Source: an uncultured Candidatus Saccharibacteria bacterium
GTDB taxonomy: Bacteria; Patescibacteriota; Doudnabacteria; UBA920
Assembly: GCA_964402965.1 (NCBI GenBank)
Contig: CAYODY010000003.1
Coordinates: forward strand, 9,846 to 73,845
Reading direction: 5' to 3'
Length of the DNA: 64,000 nucleotides
Below the pieces are notes generated by a model that made no database searches, had not been told where the DNA came from, and saw nothing but the letters and a program-made list of their open reading frames with translations. Made by a program: the position numbers and the translations under genes. The first letter of the stretch is position 1. Every line of letters starts with the position of its first letter. Positions 9,514 through 18,978 of this stretch are shown in pieces.

Positions 9514-10734
9514 ATGCAATTTTTATTCGCTTTACTAGTGCTAATAGCGCCATTATATGTATGGCGCTTTTCAATTGGAGGATTACCAACTAACTTTTTA
9601 ATGATCGCAAATTTTGCTGTCATTGGTTTGGGTCTGCTTTACATCTTAAGAGATGTGAAGATTAAAGGATACGAACAAGTTAAGAAATTGGTGTTTGCTA
9701 AGTTTTCAGAAATAGGGCGCCCGATGCAAATAAGCATTGGAATTTTTGCCATTGCAAGTATTGTATCTTTGTTTGTATTTGGAATTAATGGCGAAAAGTT
9801 AGCGCAGTGGGTTGTACTTTACGCTCAACCTTTAGCTATTTTTGCTCTTGTAAGATATTTTGTGCTGAGTAATGAACAAGATAGTGAAAAAGCAATTCGC
9901 TATATTACTTGGGCGATGTATTTTATTTTAGGGGCAGCTGGATTCCTTGCAATTTTTCAGTACGTTACATTATTAACCTTACCTATGCAGTGGTGGGGGA
10001 ATGCTAATGAACCAAAACGTGCAATTGCTTTTTTTGCTCATGCAAATGCTTATGCACTTTTTGCAACTCCATTGCTTGCATTATTACTTCCAGATTTTGT
10101 AGAAAAAGTTCGAGGCAAATTAACTAATAGTGGGTTCTTTTGTGCTGCGGGTTGGTTGTTGGGCGTGGTAGGAGTGTTTCTTTCTTTGTCGCGTGGGGCT
10201 TGGCTTGGTCTTTTAGTTGCTGGCGCAGTTTATGTAGTTCTTTCCGCAAACAAGAAATTATTAGTTACGTTTGGTGTAATTGTCATTCTATTAGCAGGAG
10301 TTGTTGCTGTAGTGCCAAATTTACGTTACAGAGTCTTGCTTCCGTTCATGGGAGAAAAATCTAGTATTGCGCGAATTAGCTTATGGAAAACCGCTGGTTC
10401 AGAAATTAAAGACAGTCCTTTGTTAGGGAAGGGAGTAAATGGCTTTTCGGATAATTGGTATGTATATAACACAGATGCAGGTCTAGAACACTATAATTTT
10501 CCTCATAACATATTTTTGAATTTTTGGGTTGATCTTGGTTTATTTGGAATGCTAAGCATGGTTTCTATTTTAATTCTTAGTACATGGAGAGGATATATTG
10601 GTAGAAAAAATGTATTCAAATTTGGACTACTTTTGTTCATTTTAGCCTTAATTTCACACGGTTTAATTGATATTCCTTACTTAAAAAACGATCTAGCCCT
10701 TATTTTCTGGTTAATATTGGGCCTTAGCCTTTAA
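9514..10734 (+). CDS. O-antigen ligase (Wzy_C) family protein
   Basis: SLSRGAWLG, R..LW, PLLGKG, PHNIFL motifs; about 12 TM helices. Confidence 0.88.
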   Translation: MQFLFALLVLIAPLYVWRFSIGGLPTNFLMIANFAVIGLGLLYILRDVKIKGYEQVKKLVFAKFSEIGRPMQISIGIFAIASIVSLFVFGINGEKLAQWVVLYAQPLAIFALVRYFVLSNEQDSEKAIRYITWAMYFILGAAGFLAIFQYVTLLTLPMQWWGNANEPKRAIAFFAHANAYALFATPLLALLLPDFVEKVRGKLTNSGFFCAAGWLLGVVGVFLSLSRGAWLGLLVAGAVYVVLSANKKLLVTFGVIVILLAGVVAVVPNLRYRVLLPFMGEKSSIARISLWKTAGSEIKDSPLLGKGVNGFSDNWYVYNTDAGLEHYNFPHNIFLNFWVDLGLFGMLSMVSILILSTWRGYIGRKNVFKFGLLLFILALISHGLIDIPYLKNDLALIFWLILGLSL

Positions 10735-10754
10735 TTCTAGCTTTTCCCTATATA

Positions 10755-10783
10755 TTGACAAAATACCACTTTTGTGGTAAAAT
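10755..10783 (+). promoter_or_regulatory. Sigma70-type promoter
   Basis: TTGACA-17 nt-TAAAAT with TG extension. Confidence 0.75.
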
Positions 10784-10898
10784 AGGAAAGTTAGAAAAAT
10801 ATAAGGGGGCTATTACAAGATTAAGAAGTTGTAATCGCTTTTTGTTTTTGTTTCCTTGTATTGGTTGAAATTTCAGAATTCAGAAGGATGGAGAAAAA

Positions 10899-11870
10899 AT
10901 GAAAAAGACTATTACTTTTACTTTGTTCGCGTTTTTTGGTTTTTGTTTCATGACAATGTTGGTCGGTAGCGTTTCGGCGCAGTCGGCTATGTCTTCGCTT
11001 TCGGGTGAGGAACAGGCGAGGCAAGCTTTCGAGCGATTGCGTCAGTCTGGTCAGCTCAAAGAACCCGCTCAGCCGAGTGAGTTCAATAGAGCAAAGGCTG
11101 CGCAGTCGTCGACCAAAAGTGTTGTGGAGACTAAGATCGCAACTCCGTTGGCGGCCGGTGTAACTGGAGACGAGACTTCCAAGCAAACTCCGGGGTCGTT
11201 AAACTTGGTCGTGATGCATATGGATCGCGAATTTGTCACTCAAGGCCAAGAAATCTCATTCAGCATGGAAGGGATTGGTAACTACACGCAAGCAGTGTCG
11301 GTATTTTGTCAGGTGAACGAACCGGGCTTTAGCGGTCAGTACGATCAGGATGGAGTAAGCCGGTACTACACACCTAGTTTGTATCAGGGTGGCAGTTGGC
11401 TTCCCTACGGGATAGTCAACGGTCAAATCTTCGACGCCGTTTTTAAGCGGAAGATTACACATGGAGATCGTCCTGGTACATGGTACAATACGTGTGTCCT
11501 GACAGATCAAAATGGTTTGATGTTGCAACAGACGATGAACTACTTTCATTACAATGTTGCAGGGCCAGGTGGACTTTTCACATGGCGTGTAGATAATGCC
11601 ATTCAGTCTATGTTCGGGAATTCCCCGATCGTTATCCTGAAAGGAGCGTTCCCTATAAACAAACCCGTGTATATTTTACTCGGCAAAGAGTCATTGGGTA
11701 TAAATCGTTATACCTATTCTGCGACAAGCAGTGATGGTCAAACGCTGCTACTTGCACGACCACAACTGCCGTACAGAGCCATGGAGTTTGATGTTACGAT
11801 TTTCGATCCCGAAAGCAGGATCCATCAAACCAAGGTCGGAGCGTTGGTGCTCCAAGGTATTCAACCCTAG
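10899..11870 (+). CDS. Secreted beta-rich hypothetical protein
   Basis: Signal peptide (VSA-QS); visibly higher GC than neighbours; GGAG SD. Confidence 0.75.
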   Translation: MKKTITFTLFAFFGFCFMTMLVGSVSAQSAMSSLSGEEQARQAFERLRQSGQLKEPAQPSEFNRAKAAQSSTKSVVETKIATPLAAGVTGDETSKQTPGSLNLVVMHMDREFVTQGQEISFSMEGIGNYTQAVSVFCQVNEPGFSGQYDQDGVSRYYTPSLYQGGSWLPYGIVNGQIFDAVFKRKITHGDRPGTWYNTCVLTDQNGLMLQQTMNYFHYNVAGPGGLFTWRVDNAIQSMFGNSPIVILKGAFPINKPVYILLGKESLGINRYTYSATSSDGQTLLLARPQLPYRAMEFDVTIFDPESRIHQTKVGALVLQGIQP

Positions 11871-11912
11871 CTTCGCGTTCGTCGCGCGACGAACACAATC
11901 TTGTTTAAACCT

Positions 11913-11940
11913 AAAAGGCAACCATTCGTGGTTGCCTTTT
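11913..11940. terminator. Bidirectional intrinsic terminator
   Basis: AAAAGGCAACCA-TTCG-TGGTTGCCTTTT. Confidence 0.85.
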
Positions 11941-12001
11941 ATTCATATCAATCTTTGATTATTATCAAAATAATTTAGTTTGCAAAATAATTACTTAATA
12001 A

Positions 12002-12934
12002 CTACTTACTAATTGCTTCGTTAAGTATTTTCTCGAATTTCTCCAAGCTTTCTAAATGGTTCACGCGAATACGTGGTATTTGCATTAAGTCATCAAGATT
12101 AATTTTTGCACCATTTTGTGTAGTAATACCCATAACAAACCCTGCTTCTTTTGCCTTTGCTCTATATATTGGTGTTGAATGACCATATGGATAAATTAAG
12201 ATATTTGTTCTTACTCCTAAGTGAGAATATATATCTGAAATTGATCCAGAGAGATTGTTAAAAATAAAATTTGCATCGAACTTTGGATTTGTACCATCAA
12301 AATGAGTTTGTGTGTGCGAAACAATTTCCATTCCTTCATCTTTTGCTTTTGAAATATCTGCCCAAGTCGCGTATACGTTAGTTCCATTAACAGCACCTGT
12401 CCATTGTGTAATTATTCCGAAACTACCTTTGTACTCATATTTTTTTAGAATTGGAATTGCGTTTTGAAAAACATTTAAGTAACCGTCATCAAATGTAAAA
12501 ACAATCGGTTTATTTGGTAAGTTGAATTTACCTTGTGTGTGTAGGTATAGTTCTTCCAGAGAAATAGAATTGTACCCTTGTTTTCTTAACCACGCCACTT
12601 GAGCTTCAAAGTCTGCAGGGGAGACAGTAAGACCAGTTGTAACCTTATCTGCCTTTTCTGGTAAAGGCCCAACATGATGGTACATCAATATTGGCAAAAT
12701 TAAAGTACGTGCTGGATCCAATTCTTTATTAGAATCTTCATCGCCTTGAACTTCTCCATCCTGCGTTGTTGGGGCTTGGGTGTGCTGGTTATTTTTGAAT
12801 TCATCTGATTCAGTTTGAGAGGTTGAACCAGCTGATTTTGTACTTTGTGCGTACAATTTCAGACTAAAAAAACCTGCAATACCAAGTGCAAGTAATATGA
12901 TAACAGAGCTAATTATGGCGTTCTTCTTCGTCAT
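12002..12934 (-). CDS. Membrane-anchored polysaccharide deacetylase (CE4)
   Basis: PILMYHHV, FTFDDGY, SHTQTH, YPYG, IPRIRV motifs. Confidence 0.92.
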   Translation of the reverse strand: MTKKNAIISSVIILLALGIAGFFSLKLYAQSTKSAGSTSQTESDEFKNNQHTQAPTTQDGEVQGDEDSNKELDPARTLILPILMYHHVGPLPEKADKVTTGLTVSPADFEAQVAWLRKQGYNSISLEELYLHTQGKFNLPNKPIVFTFDDGYLNVFQNAIPILKKYEYKGSFGIITQWTGAVNGTNVYATWADISKAKDEGMEIVSHTQTHFDGTNPKFDANFIFNNLSGSISDIYSHLGVRTNILIYPYGHSTPIYRAKAKEAGFVMGITTQNGAKINLDDLMQIPRIRVNHLESLEKFEKILNEAISK

Positions 12935-12965
12935 ATTGTTAAAAGATTAGACTTATTTTAACAAA

Positions 12966-12990
12966 AAACATCTCGCTTGGCGAGATGTTT
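12966..12990 (-). terminator. Intrinsic terminator
   Basis: AAACATCTCGC-TTG-GCGAGATGTTT. Confidence 0.7.
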
Positions 12991-13013
12991 AAGTATGTTA
13001 GTTTTTGGGGAGT

Positions 13014-13799
13014 TTAGTCTTCATCTTCTTCATGATTTTCTGTGCGGATTTTTAATTCTGTTTTTATGTTGTCTTCGTCTTCAGATTCAACTTCATATTC
13101 TCTTTCATCTTCGACTTTAAATTTATCGTCATCATCGTCATCAAAGTTTTTTATCTGATCTTCAATCTCCTTTGACTCTTTATCGTCAGTAACATTTTTA
13201 AGGTCTTCTTGAGTTTCCTTTAAAAATTCTGAAGCATCTTTTGCTTCCTGCTTTGCTTTTTGTTCTAAGGGATTTGCTCCAAATACTGTTGCATTGTTTC
13301 TGTCATCGCTATCATCATTGTCATCTTTGTCAGATGAATCACCAGATTTGTCATCTAACTGATTGTCGTCATCTTCTTTAGCTCCTAACGCTTTTTTCTG
13401 TTCATCTGAACTTCTATGCTTTAGTTCTTCAAGTTCTTCTAACCTACGTTTGGCAAAATTGACTTTGAGTTCAGTTTTACCTTGAATTGTAGGCTCAATA
13501 AATAATTGCACTTCTTCAACTTTTCGTTTTAGGGGATAGAGTACATCTCCTGGTAATGCGCTTGCAGAAACATAAGTTGTTCCACCTACAAATAATATGA
13601 TAAGCAATGGAAGTAGAACATAACTTCTTGGAATTACAGAAGCAATTCGTTGCCAATTTGATGCTGGAATTGTTGTATCTACTTCACTGTTTAGTTTGGA
13701 CATAATTTTATTTTTAATATTTTCTTTATTAGTTTGCGAAAGACGCACAGATTTAGCTGGCGAGTTATTTTCGTAAAATTGTTTAATTAAGTTATTCAT
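13014..13799 (-). CDS. DUF5667-type putative anti-sigma factor with acidic tail
   Basis: TM followed by ALPGDVLYPLKR..E and A.RRLEE motifs; overlaps ECF sigma stop. Confidence 0.8.
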   Translation of the reverse strand: MNNLIKQFYENNSPAKSVRLSQTNKENIKNKIMSKLNSEVDTTIPASNWQRIASVIPRSYVLLPLLIILFVGGTTYVSASALPGDVLYPLKRKVEEVQLFIEPTIQGKTELKVNFAKRRLEELEELKHRSSDEQKKALGAKEDDDNQLDDKSGDSSDKDDNDDSDDRNNATVFGANPLEQKAKQEAKDASEFLKETQEDLKNVTDDKESKEIEDQIKNFDDDDDDKFKVEDEREYEVESEDEDNIKTELKIRTENHEEDED

Positions 13800-14340
13800 T
13801 GTCTTTATATATCTGTTCCAATTGTTTAATTGCTCTGTGTTGCCATACTCGCACAGTAATACTGTTTTTCCGCATTATTTGTGCTGTTTCGTTTATATTC
13901 AAATTTTGAAAAAATCTTAATTCAATTACTTCTTTATAGTGAGTTGGAAGCTTGTCTAACGCAAAACGAATTTCATCTTTGGAGAATTGCTCAGATAAAT
14001 TATTTTGAGGACTGTCTTTAGATTGGATTTCAACAGCTTCGTCTATGGATACTATATTCGGCGTCCTGTACTTCTTGCGATAGTAATCATTGATTGTATT
14101 TGATGCAACTTTGTAAAGCCATGCCGAAAAATTTAAATTTTTTAATTCAATTTTTCTGCAACCTTGCCATGCTTTTACAAATACATCTTGCATAATGTCA
14201 TCTGCTTCATTTTCGCCAACAGTCTTAATTCGAATGAAGGCGTAAATTCTATCAGCAAACTCATCATATATTTTTGCAAAAGCATCTTGGTCGCCAGTTT
14301 TTACATGACTGACTAATTCGCGAATTTGCTCTGTACTCAT
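13792..14340 (-). CDS. ECF RNA polymerase sigma factor
   Basis: GDQDAF, DIMQDVFVKAW, FSAWLYKVASN, region 4 HTH ETAQIM...VRVWQHRA. Confidence 0.95.
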   Translation of the reverse strand: MSTEQIRELVSHVKTGDQDAFAKIYDEFADRIYAFIRIKTVGENEADDIMQDVFVKAWQGCRKIELKNLNFSAWLYKVASNTINDYYRKKYRTPNIVSIDEAVEIQSKDSPQNNLSEQFSKDEIRFALDKLPTHYKEVIELRFFQNLNINETAQIMRKNSITVRVWQHRAIKQLEQIYKDNE

Positions 14341-14503
14341 ACTAGTATTCTAACTGGTATATCGAATAAATAACAGTATTGTTTCAAAGATTTTAAATAG
14401 GTATATATGCTAGAGAATGGTATAATTAAGGCGTATTTTGAAACAAATTGAAATATCATACCGTTATATTTGTAGTAATAGAGGTACTGTAATTCACTAA
14501 AAC

Positions 14504-15103
14504 ATGAAAAAATTTTTACTATCAATAGGGGTTGGAGCGTTTTTTGTTGTTTACATTGTTTATCAAAGAAATGCAGTTATATCCAATGCACAACAAGCGA
14601 GTTCAGCAGCACTGAATGACCCCCTAAATAAGCAACAAGATGAAGTTGCAATGGAAGGTGGTACTTCAGCAACAGCTGGTTCAGAACCAGTAGATAAAAC
14701 AAATTCTGCTTCTCAGTCTGCGAGCAATTCTTCTACTCCAGCAAATACTTCGACAAGTTCATCAACTTCAACTCCAAAAACTACTCCTACACCAACACCT
14801 CCGCCACCAGTAAGTACTGGGAAATTTAAGGATGGTGTTTACACTGGTAATTCAGCGGATGCTAACTATGGAACGGTGCAGGTACGTGCAACCGTTGCTA
14901 GTGGTAAGCTATCTAAAATTGAATTTTTACAATTTCCTAACAGCCGTAGTACTTCTGTGCAAATTAGTAATTTTGCGTTACCAAAATTACGCACAGAAGC
15001 AATTAGTGGTCAAACAGCAAAAGTTAACTCAGTTTCTGGAGCAACTTACACTAGCGCTGCTTTTGTGAAGTCTTTAACATCAGCGTTAGCGCAAGCCCAA
15101 TGA
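14504..15103 (+). CDS. Membrane-anchored FMN-binding (flavinylated) protein
   Basis: N-terminal TM, S/T/P linker, KDGVYTG, VNSVSGATYTS flavinylation motif. Confidence 0.9.
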   Translation: MKKFLLSIGVGAFFVVYIVYQRNAVISNAQQASSAALNDPLNKQQDEVAMEGGTSATAGSEPVDKTNSASQSASNSSTPANTSTSSSTSTPKTTPTPTPPPPVSTGKFKDGVYTGNSADANYGTVQVRATVASGKLSKIEFLQFPNSRSTSVQISNFALPKLRTEAISGQTAKVNSVSGATYTSAAFVKSLTSALAQAQ

Positions 15104-15840
15104 AGTTAACAGAAGCAATCATGGGAACCGCTATTTCAATTGAAATACTGGATTCACCAACAGAAGAAATATTTAACCGAGTATTTGATTATTTTAAATA
15201 TGTGGACGAAAAATTTAGCACGTACAAAGAAACTAGTGAAATTAGTAAGATTAATCGTGCAGAGTTAAAACTAGAAGATGCAAGTCAGGATATGCAACTA
15301 ATTTTTAAGTTGTCCGAACTGACTAAAAAACAATCCAAGAATTATTTTGATATTCATAAACCAGATGGAAGCATCGATCCTTCTGGACTTGTAAAAGGTT
15401 GGTCAATTCACGAAGCAAGTAAAATTTTAGATAGTGCAGATCATAAAGATTACTGCATTGAAGCTGGGGGCGATGTACAGGTTAGAAAACCATACGACTC
15501 TAGTGAACCTTGGAAAATTGGTATTCGAAATCCTTTCAATCTTTCAGAAATTGTTAAAGTTGTTCATGTTAAAAATGAAGGAGTTGCCACTTCTGGAACA
15601 TATGAAAGAGGACAACATATATATAATCCATTTAATCCTGAACAAAAATTGGAAGACGTTGCAAGTATAACCGTGATTGGACCGAATATATACGAAGCTG
15701 ATAGATTCGCCACCTCTGCATTTGCTATGGGTTTGGATGGAATAAATTTCATTGAAGGATTGCAGGGCTTTGAAGGGTATATGATAGACTCAAAAGGGAT
15801 CGCAACATTTACTTCAGGGTTTGATAAATATTTAAAATAA
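15100..15840 (+). CDS. apbE: FAD:protein FMN transferase (ApbE family)
   Basis: MGT start motif, DPSGLVKGW, AGGD, WKIGIRNP, VATSGTYERGQHI, ADRFATS. Confidence 0.92.
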   Translation: MKLTEAIMGTAISIEILDSPTEEIFNRVFDYFKYVDEKFSTYKETSEISKINRAELKLEDASQDMQLIFKLSELTKKQSKNYFDIHKPDGSIDPSGLVKGWSIHEASKILDSADHKDYCIEAGGDVQVRKPYDSSEPWKIGIRNPFNLSEIVKVVHVKNEGVATSGTYERGQHIYNPFNPEQKLEDVASITVIGPNIYEADRFATSAFAMGLDGINFIEGLQGFEGYMIDSKGIATFTSGFDKYLK

Positions 15841-15844
15841 TAAA

Positions 15845-17365
15845 ATGTTAAATTTCATAGACAAATATTTAGACAGAATTACAATGTACCGTTTAGTTCT
15901 ATATGTGCTAATTGGTCTGTTAGGGGTCGCAGTTATTTTCAGCGCGTTAGATTTTTTGCATTTTAACCCACTGGCTCTAATTTATTCTGTGTTAGTTTTG
16001 CTTGTTTTTAATTGGCTTGCGAATTTTCTCTTTGCGAAATTTTTTAGAGTACCAGCAAATTTTGAGTCGGTTTACATAACAGCGTTAATTTTGGCATTAA
16101 TAGTTACTCCACCAAGCAGTGGAGAGTATATTTCATTTTTACCTTTTTATGGTTTACTAGCTATTGCTGCAATGGGATCCAAATATTTAATCAATGTAGG
16201 TAAAAAACATTTATTTAATCCTGCTGCCTTTGCTGTGTTTGCAATTGCGTTGGTTACATCACATTCTGCAACATGGTGGGTTGGTACTAGTGTTATGACT
16301 GGGTTTGTCTTTGTCGGTGGATTTTTACTAGCTCGCAAACTTAGACAATTTGATTTAGTCATTGCTTTTCTGCTTGCCTTTGTTGTTGGTACTGTAGTTA
16401 TTACTTTCGGAAGTGGAAATGTACTCACTATATTATATAACTCTGTAATTCTGTCTTCACTACTATTTTTTGCTGGAATTATGTTAACAGAACCATTAAC
16501 AATGCCACCGAATCGTGATGGAAGAATTGCCTACGCAATTCTAGTTGGAGCCTTGTTTATTCCTCAAGCAAAATTTGGCAGCTTTTCTTTAACACCTGAA
16601 ATGGCCTTGCTAGTTGGTAATCTATTTGCATATATTGTTAGTCCAAAAGGTAGACATGTGTTTACTTTGGAGAGAATTCAAAAAGCAGGGGATTCAGCTT
16701 ACGATTTTGTTTTTAAATCTGACAAACCTTTTGCATTTAAAGCTGGTCAGTATTTAGAATGGACTTTGGGTCAGAAAAAAACAGATTCAAGAGGAAACCG
16801 TCGTTACTTTACTATTGCTTCTTCACCAACAGAAAATAAAACTATTTTAGGTGTAAAATTCTATGAAAACCCAAGTACTTTTAAACAGACTTTGCTCTCA
16901 ATGCAACCAGGTGAAAGTTTAGTGGGTTCGCAATTGGCAGGGGATTTTGTGTTGCCATCGAACCGCAAGCAAAAACTTGTCTTCATTGCTGGTGGAATTG
17001 GAGTCACACCATTTAGAAGTATGGTTAAGTATTTAATGGATACCAAAGAGAAAAGAGATATAACTTTAATGTATTCAAATAAAACAGTAGACGAAGTCGC
17101 TTATTGGAGATTATTTGATGAAGCCAAAACAAAAATAGGTTTAAAAACTGTTTACACTTTAACAGACGTTGCACCAACAGATTGGGAAGGCTACAAAGGA
17201 ATTATAAATAAAGAAATGATCTTAGCTGAAGTACCAGATTTTAAAGAACGCGTATTCTATATTTCTGGTTCACACGGCATGGTTACAGCTTTTAAAAAGA
17301 TGCTACGCGAATTAGGCGTTGCTCGAAAAAACATTAAAACAGATTTTTTCCCAGGCTTAGCCTAA
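15845..17365 (+). CDS. NqrB/RnfD-like membrane domain fused to FNR-like FAD/NAD(P)-binding domain
   Basis: SKY...KHLFNPA and MLTEPLTMP (RnfD-like); GQY, RYFTIASSP, IAGGIGVTPF, FYISGS (FNR-like). Confidence 0.9.
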   Translation: MLNFIDKYLDRITMYRLVLYVLIGLLGVAVIFSALDFLHFNPLALIYSVLVLLVFNWLANFLFAKFFRVPANFESVYITALILALIVTPPSSGEYISFLPFYGLLAIAAMGSKYLINVGKKHLFNPAAFAVFAIALVTSHSATWWVGTSVMTGFVFVGGFLLARKLRQFDLVIAFLLAFVVGTVVITFGSGNVLTILYNSVILSSLLFFAGIMLTEPLTMPPNRDGRIAYAILVGALFIPQAKFGSFSLTPEMALLVGNLFAYIVSPKGRHVFTLERIQKAGDSAYDFVFKSDKPFAFKAGQYLEWTLGQKKTDSRGNRRYFTIASSPTENKTILGVKFYENPSTFKQTLLSMQPGESLVGSQLAGDFVLPSNRKQKLVFIAGGIGVTPFRSMVKYLMDTKEKRDITLMYSNKTVDEVAYWRLFDEAKTKIGLKTVYTLTDVAPTDWEGYKGIINKEMILAEVPDFKERVFYISGSHGMVTAFKKMLRELGVARKNIKTDFFPGLA

Positions 17366-17390
17366 ACACAAAGAGGGTTTAAACGTAAGT

Positions 17391-18926
17391 TTAAACGCTG
17401 GTGATTACTGTAATCTTTGCGCCAATGGAATTTAGTCTATCGGCAATTTCTTCGTACCCTCGTCTAATAGAATAGACATTTCGCAGAGTAGACGTTCCTT
17501 CTGCGGAAAGCATCGCTATTAAAATAATCATGGCAGGGCGAAGAGCGGGAGGGCAAACAACTTGTGCCGCCGTAAGTTTTGTCGGCCCTTCAATATAAGC
17601 GCGGTGAGGATCAGCAAGATTAACTTTAGCACCAAGTCTGTTTAATTCTGTAAAATAGATCGCCCTGTTTTCCCACATCCAGTCGTGAATTAAAGTTGTT
17701 CCTACAGCTTGTGTTGCAATTGGTACGAAGAATGGCAAGTTGTCTGTGTTTATTCCTGGGTAGGGAAGTGAATGGATTTTATCTGGAAGTGCTTTTAACT
17801 TAGAAGGTAAGACTGTAATATCTACTAAATCTGTGAATCCATTATTTGCTTTATATATTTTGGAGAGATTGAATTTTTGGCCCATTGCTTTTAATTTTTC
17901 AAGCTCAAGTCGCAAAAAGTCTATCGGACAACGTGTGATTTTTAATTTTGAGTGAGTAACTATTGCAGCGGAAATAAACATCATTGATTCAATAGGGTCT
18001 TCGCTATTTTCGTAAACAATTTTTTCGTTAAATTTTTCTTTTCCAGTAATAGTTAGAGTGGTTGTACCAACTCCTTCTATTTGCACGCCAAGTTTCTGTA
18101 GGAAAAAACAAACTTCTTGAACTTGGTAGTTAGGAGGCGCAAAGCGGATAATTGTTTTTTGAGGAATCTGAGCGGCAAGTAAGAGTGTGTTGATGGCGCT
18201 TGTGTCACCAGCTTCAAGAAGAGTTATGTCAGCACCAGCAAATTTACCATGACTAATTTCATAGTAGTTGTCCGTTGTTTTAATTTTTAAACCCAATGCG
18301 GTTAGTGCATGTTCATGGGCAGAAATGGTACGTTTGCCCATTTTACATCCGCCAGAGTGGGGGATGGAGAATTTTTCGAGTTGTTTTCCGAGAGCACCAA
18401 ATAGATATAGTCCAACACGAATTCTGCGGAAAGCATTTTCGTCTATATTTTTAAATGAATATTTTTTGGGAGGAGTTATTTCAACGGAATTTTTTTCTAT
18501 CCAGCGAATTTTTACACCAATACTTTGTAGTGCTTCAATGATTCTGTGCACTTCTTCTATTTGCGGAATTCCATTTAGAGTTGTTGTGTTTGCGTTAATT
18601 AACGCGGCGGCAATTAGTCCAATTGATCCATTTTTTGAATAGTTGGTTTGGACTGTGCCAGAAAGCTTGCGCGCACCTTCTATTTTAAAATCTACTGAAT
18701 CTGAGATAGAAACAATTTTATGTTCGAGTACCTCGCTAATTTTAGCTAGTTGTTCAAGGGTCATGTTTTGATCACCTTTTTCCATGCGAGCAACTGCACT
18801 TTGTGAGGTTTTTAATGCTTTGGCAAACTCTCCTTGAGTTAAGCCTCGTTGTTCTCTAAGTGACTTAATAAAGAACCCAATTTTAGTTTGGTCATTTTTA
18901 GAGTTTGATTTTTGATCTTTTTGCAT
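17391..18926 (-). CDS. murA: XRE-HTH-fused UDP-N-acetylglucosamine 1-carboxyvinyltransferase
   Basis: N-terminal LTQGEFAKALKTSQSAVARME HTH; SKN, GGCKMGKR, DPIE, PYPG, ENR, RGYE MurA motifs. Confidence 0.92.
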   Translation of the reverse strand: MQKDQKSNSKNDQTKIGFFIKSLREQRGLTQGEFAKALKTSQSAVARMEKGDQNMTLEQLAKISEVLEHKIVSISDSVDFKIEGARKLSGTVQTNYSKNGSIGLIAAALINANTTTLNGIPQIEEVHRIIEALQSIGVKIRWIEKNSVEITPPKKYSFKNIDENAFRRIRVGLYLFGALGKQLEKFSIPHSGGCKMGKRTISAHEHALTALGLKIKTTDNYYEISHGKFAGADITLLEAGDTSAINTLLLAAQIPQKTIIRFAPPNYQVQEVCFFLQKLGVQIEGVGTTTLTITGKEKFNEKIVYENSEDPIESMMFISAAIVTHSKLKITRCPIDFLRLELEKLKAMGQKFNLSKIYKANNGFTDLVDITVLPSKLKALPDKIHSLPYPGINTDNLPFFVPIATQAVGTTLIHDWMWENRAIYFTELNRLGAKVNLADPHRAYIEGPTKLTAAQVVCPPALRPAMIILIAMLSAEGTSTLRNVYSIRRGYEEIADRLNSIGAKITVITSV

Positions 18927-18978
18927 AAGTTAATTATATCACAAATGATATATCTATTAGCTATGATATAATTCCCAT

